Notes: a model not told the origin generated them from the letters alone. Positions 1-8,157 are shown, counted from the first letter of the stretch. The stretch is DNA of 34,816 nt from a virus (IMGVR_UViG_3300037478_000409:1-34816); one strand, 5' to 3'. Made by a program: numbers and translations.

Positions 1-1
1 A

Positions 2-652
2 CTACGCCGCCTGCGCCACTGCGCGGCCACCTACCTACGCGCCGCCGGCGCCGACCTGAAAACCGTCCAGGAGACCCTCGGCCACGCCGACCTGAACATC
101 ACCGCCGACACCTACACCTCCGTCCTGATCGAGCTCGAACGCGCCACCGCCGAAGCCGCCGCCGGGCTCATCCCCCGCAACCACCACAACCCCACCGGCA
201 CCGGCACCGGCAGCCAGACGAGGACGACAGCCGTTGAGAACCCGAACCGGCGGCCCGCCAGCAGGACATCCCGCCCCTCAGCACGCGGCCGGTCGCTGCG
301 ACCCGCCCCGCTGGTCGCTCGGACGGTGCTCGACAGTCCAAACCCGGTCACCATCGACCGCAGAGCTGCCGGTCGAGCGCCCGCCGCGCCAGCGCGAACC
401 GGACCCGCCGGGACCAGCCGGCACGCGACGGCAGGCAACCGGACCCGGCACGGCGGGATGTACACTGGTTCGCGCTGCGCCTGTAGCTCAACGGATAGAG
501 CACTTGACTACGGATCAAGAGGTTGGGGGTTCGAATCCCTCCGGGCGCGCCACCCGACACCCATCCTGACCAGCGGCTCCGGAGATCAACACCCGAGCGG
601 ACCACCCGACCAAGATCGTCATGTAGCACGCGGTGTAGCAACCTCACCGTGA
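2..652 (+). CDS. C-terminal part of a tyrosine recombinase belonging to a neighbouring element (5' end outside the window); frame stays open through the tRNA to TGA at 650-652
   Basis: Frame 2 reads LRRLRHCAATYLRAAGADLKTVQETLGHADLNITADTYTSV (RH box, LGH, catalytic Tyr). Recombinase similarity ends near nt 180; there is no stop until 650. Confidence 0.75.
   Translation, partial: LRRLRHCAATYLRAAGADLKTVQETLGHADLNITADTYTSVLIELERATAEAAAGLIPRNHHNPTGTGTGSQTRTTAVENPNRRPASRTSRPSARGRSLRPAPLVARTVLDSPNPVTIDRRAAGRAPAAPARTGPAGTSRHATAGNRTRHGGMYTGSRCACSSTDRALDYGSRGWGFESLRARHPTPILTSGSGDQHPSGPPDQDRHVARGVATSP
477..552 (+). tRNA. tRNA-Arg(ACG), CCA encoded
   Basis: Cloverleaf: acceptor GCGCCTG/CGGGCGC, D-arm GCTC/GAGC, anticodon stem CTTGA/TCAAG with ACG at 510-512, T-loop TTCGAAT, 3' GCCA. 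A TACACT -10-like hexamer lies at 461-466. Confidence 0.97.
505..552 (+). repeat. attL core (3' half of tRNA-Arg)
   Basis: TGACTACGGATCAAGAGGTTGGGGGTTCGAATCCCTCCGGGCGCGCCA, identical to 34684-34731. Confidence 0.95.
622..642 (+). promoter_or_regulatory. Putative integrase arm-type sites, left arm
   Basis: TGTAGCACG-N3-TGTAGCAAC; the same pair with the same spacing recurs at 34571-34591 inside attR. Confidence 0.7.
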
Positions 653-1861
653 ACCTGCCTCTCCGAGCGCCCGCAGCGCCCCGTCCAACTTCTCCGCCGT
701 GCCGGCCCGCACCGACTCGAACAAGTGGGTGTAGACGTCCGCCGTGGTGCCCTGCCGGGTGTGCCGCAGCATCTCCTGAATCTCCCGGATCGAGGCCCCG
801 GAGGCGAACGCCAGCGACGCGGCGCCGTGCCGCAGATCGTGGACGTGCAGCGCCCGGACCCCGGCCCGCTGGCACACCCCCGACCACCACCGGTTGACGT
901 TGCGCGGGTCCAGGAAGGTGCCGACTTCGGAGGCGTGCACCAGGTCCGGGTCCACCCACACCCGGGCCGCCAGCCGCGCCCTGGCCTGCTCCCGCCGGTG
1001 CTCCCGCAGCGTGGCCACCAACAGCCGCGGCATCGACAGCGTGGCCCGCGACGCGGTGGTCTTCAGCGTCTTCTCGACCAGCTCCCCGCGGCGGCGGCCG
1101 GTGGCCGGGTCCGGGTCGCCCCGGCGGCGGACCACCTGGGCGTGGATCTGGACCGCGCCCGCGTCGAGGTCGACCCGGGACCAGCGCATCGCCAGCGCCT
1201 CCCCCTTCCGGATGCCGAGGGCGAGCATCGACACCCACAACGCCCGTCGCCGGTCGGTGACCATCTCCGCGAACACTGCCGCCAGCTCCTCCTCTGTCGG
1301 CGCCTCCGCGGCCCGCCGCTGCCCGGCCGGCAGCCGCACCAGCGCGGCCACGTTCCGGGCCAACACCTCATCCCGCACCCGATCGGCCAGTGCCCGCCGC
1401 AGCACGGCGTGAGCGGCACCGACCAGCCTGGCCGAGTTCACCCGCCCGGTCCGCGGGTTGACCTCGGCCAGCTTGGCCCGCTGCCACGCGCGGACATCCT
1501 CAACGCTGACCCGGTCCCGGCGGACCCCGGCAAGGTCGGTCGGCAGAACGTGAGTCTCGATCATGGTGCGGTAGTGGTCGGCGGTTTCGGGCTCGATGTG
1601 GCCGGCCGCGACCTCCGCCGGTAGCTGGGTGGTCAGCCAGTGGACAAGGTCCCGGCCGAGGGTGGGTGTCCGGCCGGCCGGCGCGGGCCGGCCCGCCTCG
1701 ACCTGCGCCAGCAACGCTCGCCGCTGCCGCTGCGCCTCCCGCTCGGTCGCCCCGTAGGCGACCTTCCGCCGGCCGGAGGGCAGGGTCACAGCGGCGACCC
1801 ACAGGCCATCGCTGGCCCGCTGGTAGACGCTGCCCTCCCCGTCGAGCTTGCGGCGGCTCAC
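644..1861 (-). CDS. int: Tyrosine integrase
   Basis: N-terminal GEGSVYQR arm-binding motif, GIRKGEALAMRW (catalytic R), HDLRH, LRH...TADVYTH. GTG start at 1861 overlaps the upstream stop (GTGA). Confidence 0.95.
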   Translation of the reverse strand: MSRRKLDGEGSVYQRASDGLWVAAVTLPSGRRKVAYGATEREAQRQRRALLAQVEAGRPAPAGRTPTLGRDLVHWLTTQLPAEVAAGHIEPETADHYRTMIETHVLPTDLAGVRRDRVSVEDVRAWQRAKLAEVNPRTGRVNSARLVGAAHAVLRRALADRVRDEVLARNVAALVRLPAGQRRAAEAPTEEELAAVFAEMVTDRRRALWVSMLALGIRKGEALAMRWSRVDLDAGAVQIHAQVVRRRGDPDPATGRRRGELVEKTLKTTASRATLSMPRLLVATLREHRREQARARLAARVWVDPDLVHASEVGTFLDPRNVNRWWSGVCQRAGVRALHVHDLRHGAASLAFASGASIREIQEMLRHTRQGTTADVYTHLFESVRAGTAEKLDGALRALGEAGSR

Positions 1862-2643
1862 CCTGCCCGCCCCTTGCGCGCCGGGGGCAGGAAGCCGCGC
1901 TGCCGCGCCTCCCTGATCCACCGGTGGACCGTGGCGACGGGGACCCCTGCCTGAAGGGCGAGGATGGCGGCGGGTCGATGGCTGGTGGTGGCGACCTCGC
2001 GGTACGCCGCAGCGACCCGGCGGGAGAAACCTTCCGGGTCGGTACGGTCTGGCCGGGTGAGCGGTTCCGCGGCTGCCGGCTCCTCCACGGACGCGCTGGG
2101 GAATCCCCCGATCGCGCGCCGGGCGGCCGTGATCGCCTCATCTAGGCCATCGAGCACGTCTTGCCCATCCGGGCCGACCGGCCCGAACTGGCCGGAACTA
2201 CCGTCTGCGCCCGCGACCTTGGCCGCGACGAAGCCGGCCGTCAGGCTGTGCCGGTCGAGAAACTTCCGGTACAGGTAGGGGTCACGCTGTTCGGCCGCAG
2301 CCTCTACCGAGGTCAGCACCTCCCGGTCTGAGAAATGGATATTGACCACTGCCTCAATGTGCGAGGTGGCGATCTTCTTCAGCGTTCGCGAGTCGATCGC
2401 GTCGCCGAGGATGAGCATCCGGGTTATCGACAGGCGCCCGCTGGGCTCGGTCCGTGACAGCCGTGCCAGGACCCACAGTCCAGATTCCGGCGGGTTCTCG
2501 GCTAGGACGGTCCACACCTCGGTCGCCTGGGCCGCGGGGTGGCCCGGGGCTGCGCGGGTCGCCACAGCGGAACCGTACCCGCCGACACCTGTCCGCACAA
2601 GTCCGTGCGCTTTCGCCACGGCTGACCGGCGGCGCGGGCACAC
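1858..2643 (-). CDS. Putative regulator with C-terminal HTH (DUF6214-like); true start probably downstream of 2643
   Basis: C-terminal AAILALQAGVPVATVHRWIREARQRGFL; stop overlaps the int start; divergent from xis. Confidence 0.7.
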   Translation of the reverse strand: MCPRRRSAVAKAHGLVRTGVGGYGSAVATRAAPGHPAAQATEVWTVLAENPPESGLWVLARLSRTEPSGRLSITRMLILGDAIDSRTLKKIATSHIEAVVNIHFSDREVLTSVEAAAEQRDPYLYRKFLDRHSLTAGFVAAKVAGADGSSGQFGPVGPDGQDVLDGLDEAITAARRAIGGFPSASVEEPAAAEPLTRPDRTDPEGFSRRVAAAYREVATTSHRPAAILALQAGVPVATVHRWIREARQRGFLPPARKGRAG

Positions 2644-2730
2644 TTGCGCGGACCCACCCGGCTGGGGTATGTATGTACGAGTACCGCCTAACTGTCGCCG
2701 ACCATCGGCCCCGGACCCTCAGGAGGGGAC

Positions 2731-2916
2731 GTGCCCCAGGATCTACTGCTGCTCACGCCCGAGCGGGCCGCCGAGAGGCTGGACGTGTCGCGTACCACCG
2801 TCTACGAGCTGCTCAAGTCGGGCGACCTCGCCTCGGTGAAGATCGGCCGCGCGCGTCGGATACCGGTCGCCGCGCTGAGCGAGTACGTCGATCGCCTGCG
2901 CGCGGAGGCTGCCTAG
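2731..2916 (+). CDS. xis: Excisionase / HTH_17 DNA-binding protein
   Basis: LLTPERAAERLDVSRTTVYELLKSGDLASVKIGRARRIP; AGGAGG RBS upstream. Confidence 0.9.
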   Translation: MPQDLLLLTPERAAERLDVSRTTVYELLKSGDLASVKIGRARRIPVAALSEYVDRLRAEAA

Positions 2917-2947
2917 CCCCGGGGCACCACGAAGCCCCGGATAAACA

Positions 2948-2976
2948 GTGGCCCGGCGCTAGGTACGCCGGGCCAC
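2948..2976. terminator. Hairpin (possible terminator)
   Basis: GTGGCCCGGCG-N7-CGCCGGGCCAC, perfect 11-bp stem between xis and the next gene. Confidence 0.45.
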
Positions 2977-3001
2977 ACCCTACGAGATCAGGAGGTATCA
3001 G

Positions 3002-3631
3002 ATGCACACCACGATAGACCACCTGCCGGAGGTGGCGGAGCAGGCCACACCCGACCGGCTGCCCCGTTGCCGCCGGCTGGTCACCGTCAAGCACCAGGGC
3101 CGCTCGACCGGGACGCATCTCGGCCCGCCGGCCCGCCAGCAGTGCACCGCCGAGATCGCCGACCCCACCGGGTCAAGCAAGCTGTGCGTCGGGCACCTGG
3201 CCGACGCGATGACCGACCTGGTGGCGGCCGGTGCCGTGGTGGTGCTGGCGGATCTGCCGGCCGAGATGCGCGAGGAGGTCGAGCGGTGGACGCTGGCCCG
3301 CCGGATCGTCGAGGAGCGGATCGAGTCCGGGGAGCTGATCCGCCGGGTCGACGGGACGCTGATCGAGGCCGATGCGGCCAAGGTACACCTGGCCCGTACG
3401 ACCGCCGAGCACATCGTCACCTACCTGATCCCCACCAACCGGATCGCCTGGGGCCGGGAGGACATGCCCACCACGGTCGAGGGTGTGGCCGCGCACCTGC
3501 TGTCCGGGCGGGTGTGGATCTCATGGATGGATGACCGGGTGCTCGCGGCGATGCGCCAGCTGCACGGGGAGCCCACCGACGAGCTGACTCGCGGACTTCT
3601 CGGATCCGCCGAGCCGGAGGTGATCCGGTGA
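3002..3631 (+). CDS. Hypothetical phage protein, possible Cys/His zinc site at N-terminus
   Basis: AGGAGG RBS; C...C...LCVGH motif; GTGA overlap with the next gene. Confidence 0.75.
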   Translation: MHTTIDHLPEVAEQATPDRLPRCRRLVTVKHQGRSTGTHLGPPARQQCTAEIADPTGSSKLCVGHLADAMTDLVAAGAVVVLADLPAEMREEVERWTLARRIVEERIESGELIRRVDGTLIEADAAKVHLARTTAEHIVTYLIPTNRIAWGREDMPTTVEGVAAHLLSGRVWISWMDDRVLAAMRQLHGEPTDELTRGLLGSAEPEVIR

Positions 3632-4161
3632 TCGAGCAGCCGATGACCCGCACCGAGCGGCTGGAGCTGGTGAAGATCGTCAGCCAGCGGGCCAAGCTGG
3701 CCCGGCAGGACATAGAGGCCCGGCAAGCCGCGCGCCACGCGGAAGCGGAAGCGAAGCTGTCCCGCGAATTCGACCGGGAGGACGAAGCCTGGCGCGAGTT
3801 CGTGATGGAAGCCCAGGTTGTGGTCGCCGACACGAACGCGAAGATCCAGGAGATTTGCGAGCGCCGCGGCGTGCCGCGCAAGTTCCGTCCGAAGCTCGGA
3901 ACCTACTGGTTGGTCCGCGGCGAGAACGCCGACCAACGCCGCCGGGCTGAGCTACGTATGGCGCTGCGCGCGGCTGCGGAGGCGGAGGCGCGCGCAAAGA
4001 AGCTGGAGGTCGACCGCGTGGCGGTCGAGTTCAAGGAGCGGCTGATGTCCGGCGCGCTGGAGTCTGCCGAAGCGCGGGACTTCCTGGCCGGGCTGCCGAC
4101 GGCGCTGGAGCTGCTGCCGGGGTCCCTCGACCTGCCCCAGATCGAGGGGGGCGGGTCGTGA
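3628..4161 (+). CDS. Hypothetical helical phage protein
   Basis: Translationally coupled at both ends; GC-rich third positions. Confidence 0.75.
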   Translation: MIEQPMTRTERLELVKIVSQRAKLARQDIEARQAARHAEAEAKLSREFDREDEAWREFVMEAQVVVADTNAKIQEICERRGVPRKFRPKLGTYWLVRGENADQRRRAELRMALRAAAEAEARAKKLEVDRVAVEFKERLMSGALESAEARDFLAGLPTALELLPGSLDLPQIEGGGS

Positions 4162-4457
4162 TCCGGGCTCGGCGGACCCGCCGGCAGGCCGACCTGGACC
4201 GGCAGCTGCGGAGCCTGCGGCGGGAGTGGCGGGACTGGGTGTCGGGCCGCGCCTTCGCCACCGCGCTCTGGTACGGGGCGCCCTGGTGCGACCACCGGCA
4301 GCCGCAGTCGGGCTGTGAGGGGTGCGGTACCCGGGCGTACTGCCGGGATCGGGCCGCAGAGGTGGCAGCCCGAGCTGAGACCCTCCGGCTGGAGATGGTC
4401 GGGCCGGTCCAGGGTGAGCTGCTGGTGCTCACCAGCCGAGGGTGGGTGACCGCATGA
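4158..4457 (+). CDS. Hypothetical protein with Cys cluster (CxH...CxxC...C)
   Basis: Coupled ORF within the early operon. Confidence 0.65.
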   Translation: MIRARRTRRQADLDRQLRSLRREWRDWVSGRAFATALWYGAPWCDHRQPQSGCEGCGTRAYCRDRAAEVAARAETLRLEMVGPVQGELLVLTSRGWVTA

Positions 4458-4636
4458 CCGATCAGACGCTGGCCGCGATCGAGAAGCTGATCACCGACCC
4501 ACCGGCCGGGCTCGCACTGATGCGCATCGAGCTGGGCATGATCATCTGGCAGTGCGACCGGCACACGGCCGCCCGCAAGCTGGGGATCTCACGGGCCACC
4601 GCCTACCGGGTACCACCCGGAGGCCCGCCGCGCTGA
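4454..4636 (+). CDS. Small HTH protein
   Basis: AARKLGISRATAYR; ATGA overlap with the previous stop. Confidence 0.65.
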   Translation: MTDQTLAAIEKLITDPPAGLALMRIELGMIIWQCDRHTAARKLGISRATAYRVPPGGPPR

Positions 4637-4736
4637 CCTCCTACCGCCCCGGTCCCGGTCCAGCCGGTGGCCGTCCGTGACGGCGCCGGGGCACGCAACA
4701 CCGCACTGCACACCTCTCACGGGGGGAGGATCGACG

Positions 4737-5213
4737 ATGACCCCTATCCATCGCCATCGAACAGGAGAACGCCCGCCGGCCACGGGGGGTACCGGCGGGC
4801 GATCCGGGCCGGCCGCAGCCCGGGGCTACCTCCAGCCGAGCCTACTGGACACCACCGACAGCGACTCCGGACCAACCGTGTACGCCCGGTACCAGCAGTA
4901 CCTACAGCGGTACCCGGAGGTGCTGCCGGCGGCGGTCCGGCTGGCCCGGGAGTGGGTCGCCCGGCGCCGCCGGATCGGCGCCAAGCTGATCGTGGAGATG
5001 CTGCGCTACGACACGCCCATCGGCGCGGACCGCAGCGATGGATACAAGATTAACAATAGCTACGCACCGTTCTTGGCCAGGGACATGATCGCCCTGGCGC
5101 CAGAGCTGGCGGAGGCGATCGAGACCCGGTCCTCACGGGCCGACGTGCCTCACGACATCGTCCGGGTGCCCGGTGACGGCCCCCGGCTCGACCGCGGCCC
5201 GGGTGCACGGTGA
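4737..5213 (+). CDS. Phage hypothetical protein
   Basis: GGAGG RBS before ATG 4737; the IGAKLIVEMLRY...YKINNSYAPFLAR motif resembles a recurrent phage family (from memory). Confidence 0.7.
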   Translation: MTPIHRHRTGERPPATGGTGGRSGPAAARGYLQPSLLDTTDSDSGPTVYARYQQYLQRYPEVLPAAVRLAREWVARRRRIGAKLIVEMLRYDTPIGADRSDGYKINNSYAPFLARDMIALAPELAEAIETRSSRADVPHDIVRVPGDGPRLDRGPGAR

Positions 5214-5611
5214 TGCCGCGCCGGGTCCGCCCGTCCGGCGACTACTACCACCCGGTGATCCCGGACGGCGCGGTCTACGTCGGCCGGCCCGCCCCGTACC
5301 TGAAGGGCAGCCCGTACGCCAACCCGTACCCGGTCCGGGACCGGTCACCGGAGGCGCTGGCCGTGTCACGCGACCGGTTCCGCCGCTGGGTCGCTGTGCA
5401 GCCGCAGCTGGTGGAGCGGGCACGGGTCGAGTTGGCCGGCCGGGACCTGTGCTGCTGGTGCCGGCTCGACGCCGAGTGGTGTCACGCCGATGACTGGCTC
5501 CGGATCACCGCCGCCGGCAACCCGATGGCAAGCCGCTGGCAATCGGGTGGCACTTTGCCATCGGACCTCCGATCGGAGTCCGATCCGGGTGCGATCGGGG
5601 GCACGCGATGA
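5210..5611 (+). CDS. DUF4326-family protein
   Basis: AVYVGRP..SPYANPY...ELAGRDLCCWC...CHAD signature. Confidence 0.85.
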   Translation: MMPRRVRPSGDYYHPVIPDGAVYVGRPAPYLKGSPYANPYPVRDRSPEALAVSRDRFRRWVAVQPQLVERARVELAGRDLCCWCRLDAEWCHADDWLRITAAGNPMASRWQSGGTLPSDLRSESDPGAIGGTR

Positions 5612-6399
5612 CCGACTGTCGACTCCCCGAGAAGTGGCTCAGTGACCGGCGCCTGCTGCGGCTGTCCGACGCCGCGTTCAGGCTGCACGTCACCGCCATG
5701 ATGTGGTCCGTGTCGAACCGCACCGACGGGATGCTTGAGGAGGACGACCTGCCGTTGCTGCCGCAGGTCGATCCGGGCCGGGCGGTCGAGCTGGAGAAGG
5801 CCGGGCTCTGGCGGTTCATCAAGGGCCGGTGGCTGATCCTGGACTTCGGCAGCTCGCAGACTAGTGCCCGTGAGCTGGCGATTCTGGAGAATGCCCGGCG
5901 TCGGGAACGGGACAAGAAGGCGAAGCAGCGCGCGAAGGCGAAGGCGGCCGACGCCGGCCCTTCCCTTCCAAAGTCCCGGGGGAGTGTCCCGGGGGACAGT
6001 CCCGGGGGATGGTCCCGGGGGAAAGCACAGGATAGGACAGGCCAGGACAGGACAGGCCAGGTACGTGCCCTAGCTACAACTAAGAGTGACGTACTCCCTA
6101 AAGACCGCAGCGAAGGAAGGAAGGGTTTCAAGGTAGAACCGTCGCGGTCTGGTGACTCTGACTGGCCTACTCCAGCAGTGCCCGGGGAGGAGGGTCGGTC
6201 CACTCCGGGCGATGTCGGCAGCGATGTCGGCAGCGATGTCGGCAGCGACGCCTGGCCTACCCCAGCCGAACCGGGCTCGCGGGACCTTCCCGGACCGGCT
6301 GGCGAGTTCTCGTCCACGTGCATCGCGTCCGGGTGTGGCCGGCCGGCCCGGCGGGCGTGCAATACCTGCTGGGATCATCGGTCGGGGGAGCCGCGGTGA
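5608..6399 (+). CDS. Putative replication initiator (RepA/O-like) with internal repeats
   Basis: WLSDRRLLRLSDAAFRLHVTAMMWSVSNRTDG resembles actinophage initiators; coiled segment then repeat-rich linker; C-terminal Cys motif. Confidence 0.7.
   Translation: MTDCRLPEKWLSDRRLLRLSDAAFRLHVTAMMWSVSNRTDGMLEEDDLPLLPQVDPGRAVELEKAGLWRFIKGRWLILDFGSSQTSARELAILENARRRERDKKAKQRAKAKAADAGPSLPKSRGSVPGDSPGGWSRGKAQDRTGQDRTGQVRALATTKSDVLPKDRSEGRKGFKVEPSRSGDSDWPTPAVPGEEGRSTPGDVGSDVGSDVGSDAWPTPAEPGSRDLPGPAGEFSSTCIASGCGRPARRACNTCWDHRSGEPR
5973..6022 (+). repeat. Four GTCCCGGGGGA copies at 13-bp period (candidate iterons)
   Basis: Copies start at 5973, 5986, 5999 and 6012. Confidence 0.85.
6209..6248 (+). repeat. 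Tandem 12-bp repeat GCGATGTCGGCA, three copies plus a partial
   Basis: Copies at 6209, 6221 and 6233. Confidence 0.9.
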
Positions 6400-6635
6400 T
6401 GGTGCTGGTAGCTGGCTCGGTAACCCCGCAGATTCTGCGGGGTGCAGATTCTGCGCCCTTTCGGTGGTCCGCTGGTCGGACTAGTACGCCCTGCGGACTA
6501 GCCGCTGGCGCTGGGCCGCACAGCGGCCTAGTCCCGGATGCCTATCCGATGGCCTATCCGCTCAGGGTCCCGGAACCCCGGACCCTGTGGAGGGGTGTCG
6601 GTAGTGCCGACACCCGACCCGCGACTGAGGAGTGA
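6396..6635 (+). CDS. Possible small ORF composed largely of palindromic DNA
   Basis: GTGA overlaps at both ends; no recognisable domain. Confidence 0.35.
   Translation: MMVLVAGSVTPQILRGADSAPFRWSAGRTSTPCGLAAGAGPHSGLVPDAYPMAYPLRVPEPRTLWRGVGSADTRPATEE
6423..6615. repeat. Array of about eight short inverted repeats, mostly unrelated to each other
   Basis: e.g. ACCCCGCAGA-T-TCTGCGGGGT (6423-6443), CAGGGTCC-N9-GGACCCTG (6563-6587), GGGTGTCGG-N5-CCGACACCC (6593-6615). Confidence 0.8.
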
Positions 6636-6817
6636 TCATGACCGACCTGCCGCAGCTTCCGCCCGCCATCTCTATCCGAGCCACCTACCGCCAGCTCGGT
6701 CCCGGCCCCGAGGAGATCGAGGTGTCCTGGGCTGCCGGCACCGCGTTCCCGTCGGTTGCCGAGCTGTGCGCGGTGCTTGACCGGCTGACCACCATCTCGA
6801 CCACGACTGAGGAGTGA
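6632..6817 (+). CDS. Small hypothetical protein (start may be ATG 6638)
   Basis: GAGGAG RBS; in operon. Confidence 0.65.
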   Translation: MIMTDLPQLPPAISIRATYRQLGPGPEEIEVSWAAGTAFPSVAELCAVLDRLTTISTTTEE

Positions 6818-6820
6818 CCA

Positions 6821-7024
6821 ATGACAGACCCGAATGAGGCCATCGACTACGACTGCATCACCGTGGATGTCCGCCACCTGACCGATGACGACCTTCTGAC
6901 CATCGAGGCCGGGCTGAGGTGGCTGTCGACGTTCCCGCAGTCGCCCATGACAGCGGCGACGCTGCGGTCCCTGGCTGACCACGCCCACGATGGCGCACAG
7001 GCGCGCCGCTACTTCCGCGACTGA
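6821..7024 (+). CDS. Small hypothetical protein
   Basis: GAGGAG RBS; in operon. Confidence 0.7.
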   Translation: MTDPNEAIDYDCITVDVRHLTDDDLLTIEAGLRWLSTFPQSPMTAATLRSLADHAHDGAQARRYFRD

Positions 7025-7036
7025 GGAGACCACCTG

Positions 7037-7618
7037 ATGACGATCTTCGCGCCAACCGCCGACCCGGCCCAGTTGGCGACCCTGCGCGCCGATCTGGACC
7101 AGCTCCGGCTGCCCTTCGCCGTGCCGGTGCGGCAGCGGACCCGCCGGACCGGCACCCGCTGGACCGCTATCACCCACCCTGGCCTGCTCGACCAGCTCCG
7201 GCGGGCCGCAGCCGGGCAGAGCCGCACCGCCCGCGGCCCCGAACGCCGCCAGCCGCCCCGCAGCCGCCCACCCGGGAACCTCGACGCCCTGGACCGGCTC
7301 TCCGCCGTCTACGTCGGCATCTCCGGCTGGCATAGCGGGCTCGCCCTACCCAGCCCGCCCGAACACCGCAGCGTATGCCCGCACCAGACGTGCGCGACCG
7401 CCCTGCTCAACTCGACACCGGGGCCGGTCTGCCCCACGGCCCGGCTGGTCCGGGTCGACTGGCAGCTCCACGCTCTACACCAGCTCCACGACGCGGCCCG
7501 CCGCCTCGACCCGCGCACCGTCGCCGCGATCACGTCCGACGTGACCGACTGGTGGCGCTGGGCCGCCACCAGCTGCGGCTGGTCCACAGCCGAACTGATC
7601 ACACTACGGCGCGGCTGA
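7037..7618 (+). CDS. Hypothetical protein at end of early region (possible late regulator, by position only)
   Basis: GAGGAG RBS; RSRPPGNLDALD motif and Cys/His cluster; last rightward gene before the packaging module. Confidence 0.7.
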   Translation: MTIFAPTADPAQLATLRADLDQLRLPFAVPVRQRTRRTGTRWTAITHPGLLDQLRRAAAGQSRTARGPERRQPPRSRPPGNLDALDRLSAVYVGISGWHSGLALPSPPEHRSVCPHQTCATALLNSTPGPVCPTARLVRVDWQLHALHQLHDAARRLDPRTVAAITSDVTDWWRWAATSCGWSTAELITLRRG

Positions 7619-7671
7619 CTTGCGGATATGCCCGTTTCTGTGTCACGATCTCCACAGTCGATCACTACGCC

Positions 7672-8157
7672 CTACATCCGGGCCAGGATCTCCACCCGCT
7701 TCGCGTCGTGTTCGGCCTGGCTGATCAGACCCCGACGCAGCAGATCCCGCAGCCGCTCCAAGGCCGCCCCCGGGTCCTCCGCCACCGGCGCGGCAGCCGC
7801 AGTCGCCTCGGTCCGCTGACCCACCCGCGACCGGACCAACTCGGCGAACCTCCGGGCCGCATCATCACCCTTGATCCACTTCATTTCGAGCTGGTTCCCC
7901 GACGCGAACAGCTTGTACCAGTGGCCCATCATGTTCTTCCCAGCTTCGAAGCTGGACACCTGACCCCACGGGTACGACTCCAGCTCATGCCCGGTGATCT
8001 TCTTCCGGAAGAACACCAACCTGCGGTCCGTCGCCAGCAAGATCCCAGTACGTAGCGTGTCCCCCCGCACGTACTGCCCCTCGACCACCGCGTCCACCCG
8101 CTCCCCACCTTGCAGGTGCTCGGTCACCATCTCCATCAGCTTCGCCATCGACGCCAT
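7672..8157 (-). CDS. Bacterial PH-domain protein with C-terminal SHOCT domain (moron)
   Basis: GILLATDRRLVFF...SYPWGQVSSFE (bPH-like) and ALERLRDLLRRGLISQAEHDAKRVEIL (SHOCT); TACCCT 7 nt before ATG. Confidence 0.85.
   Translation of the reverse strand: MASMAKLMEMVTEHLQGGERVDAVVEGQYVRGDTLRTGILLATDRRLVFFRKKITGHELESYPWGQVSSFEAGKNMMGHWYKLFASGNQLEMKWIKGDDAARRFAELVRSRVGQRTEATAAAAPVAEDPGAALERLRDLLRRGLISQAEHDAKRVEILARM

Noticed and set aside
1862-1921. Longer integrase start given by the ORF track (similar over-extended starts at 8110, 8603, 14927, 16164, 26827, 30631)
   Set aside because: Extensions overlap upstream genes; RBS position and 4-bp stop/start overlaps support the shorter starts used
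7620-7649. Possible late promoter TTGCGG-18-CACGAT
   Set aside because: Weak match to consensus; cannot be distinguished from chance
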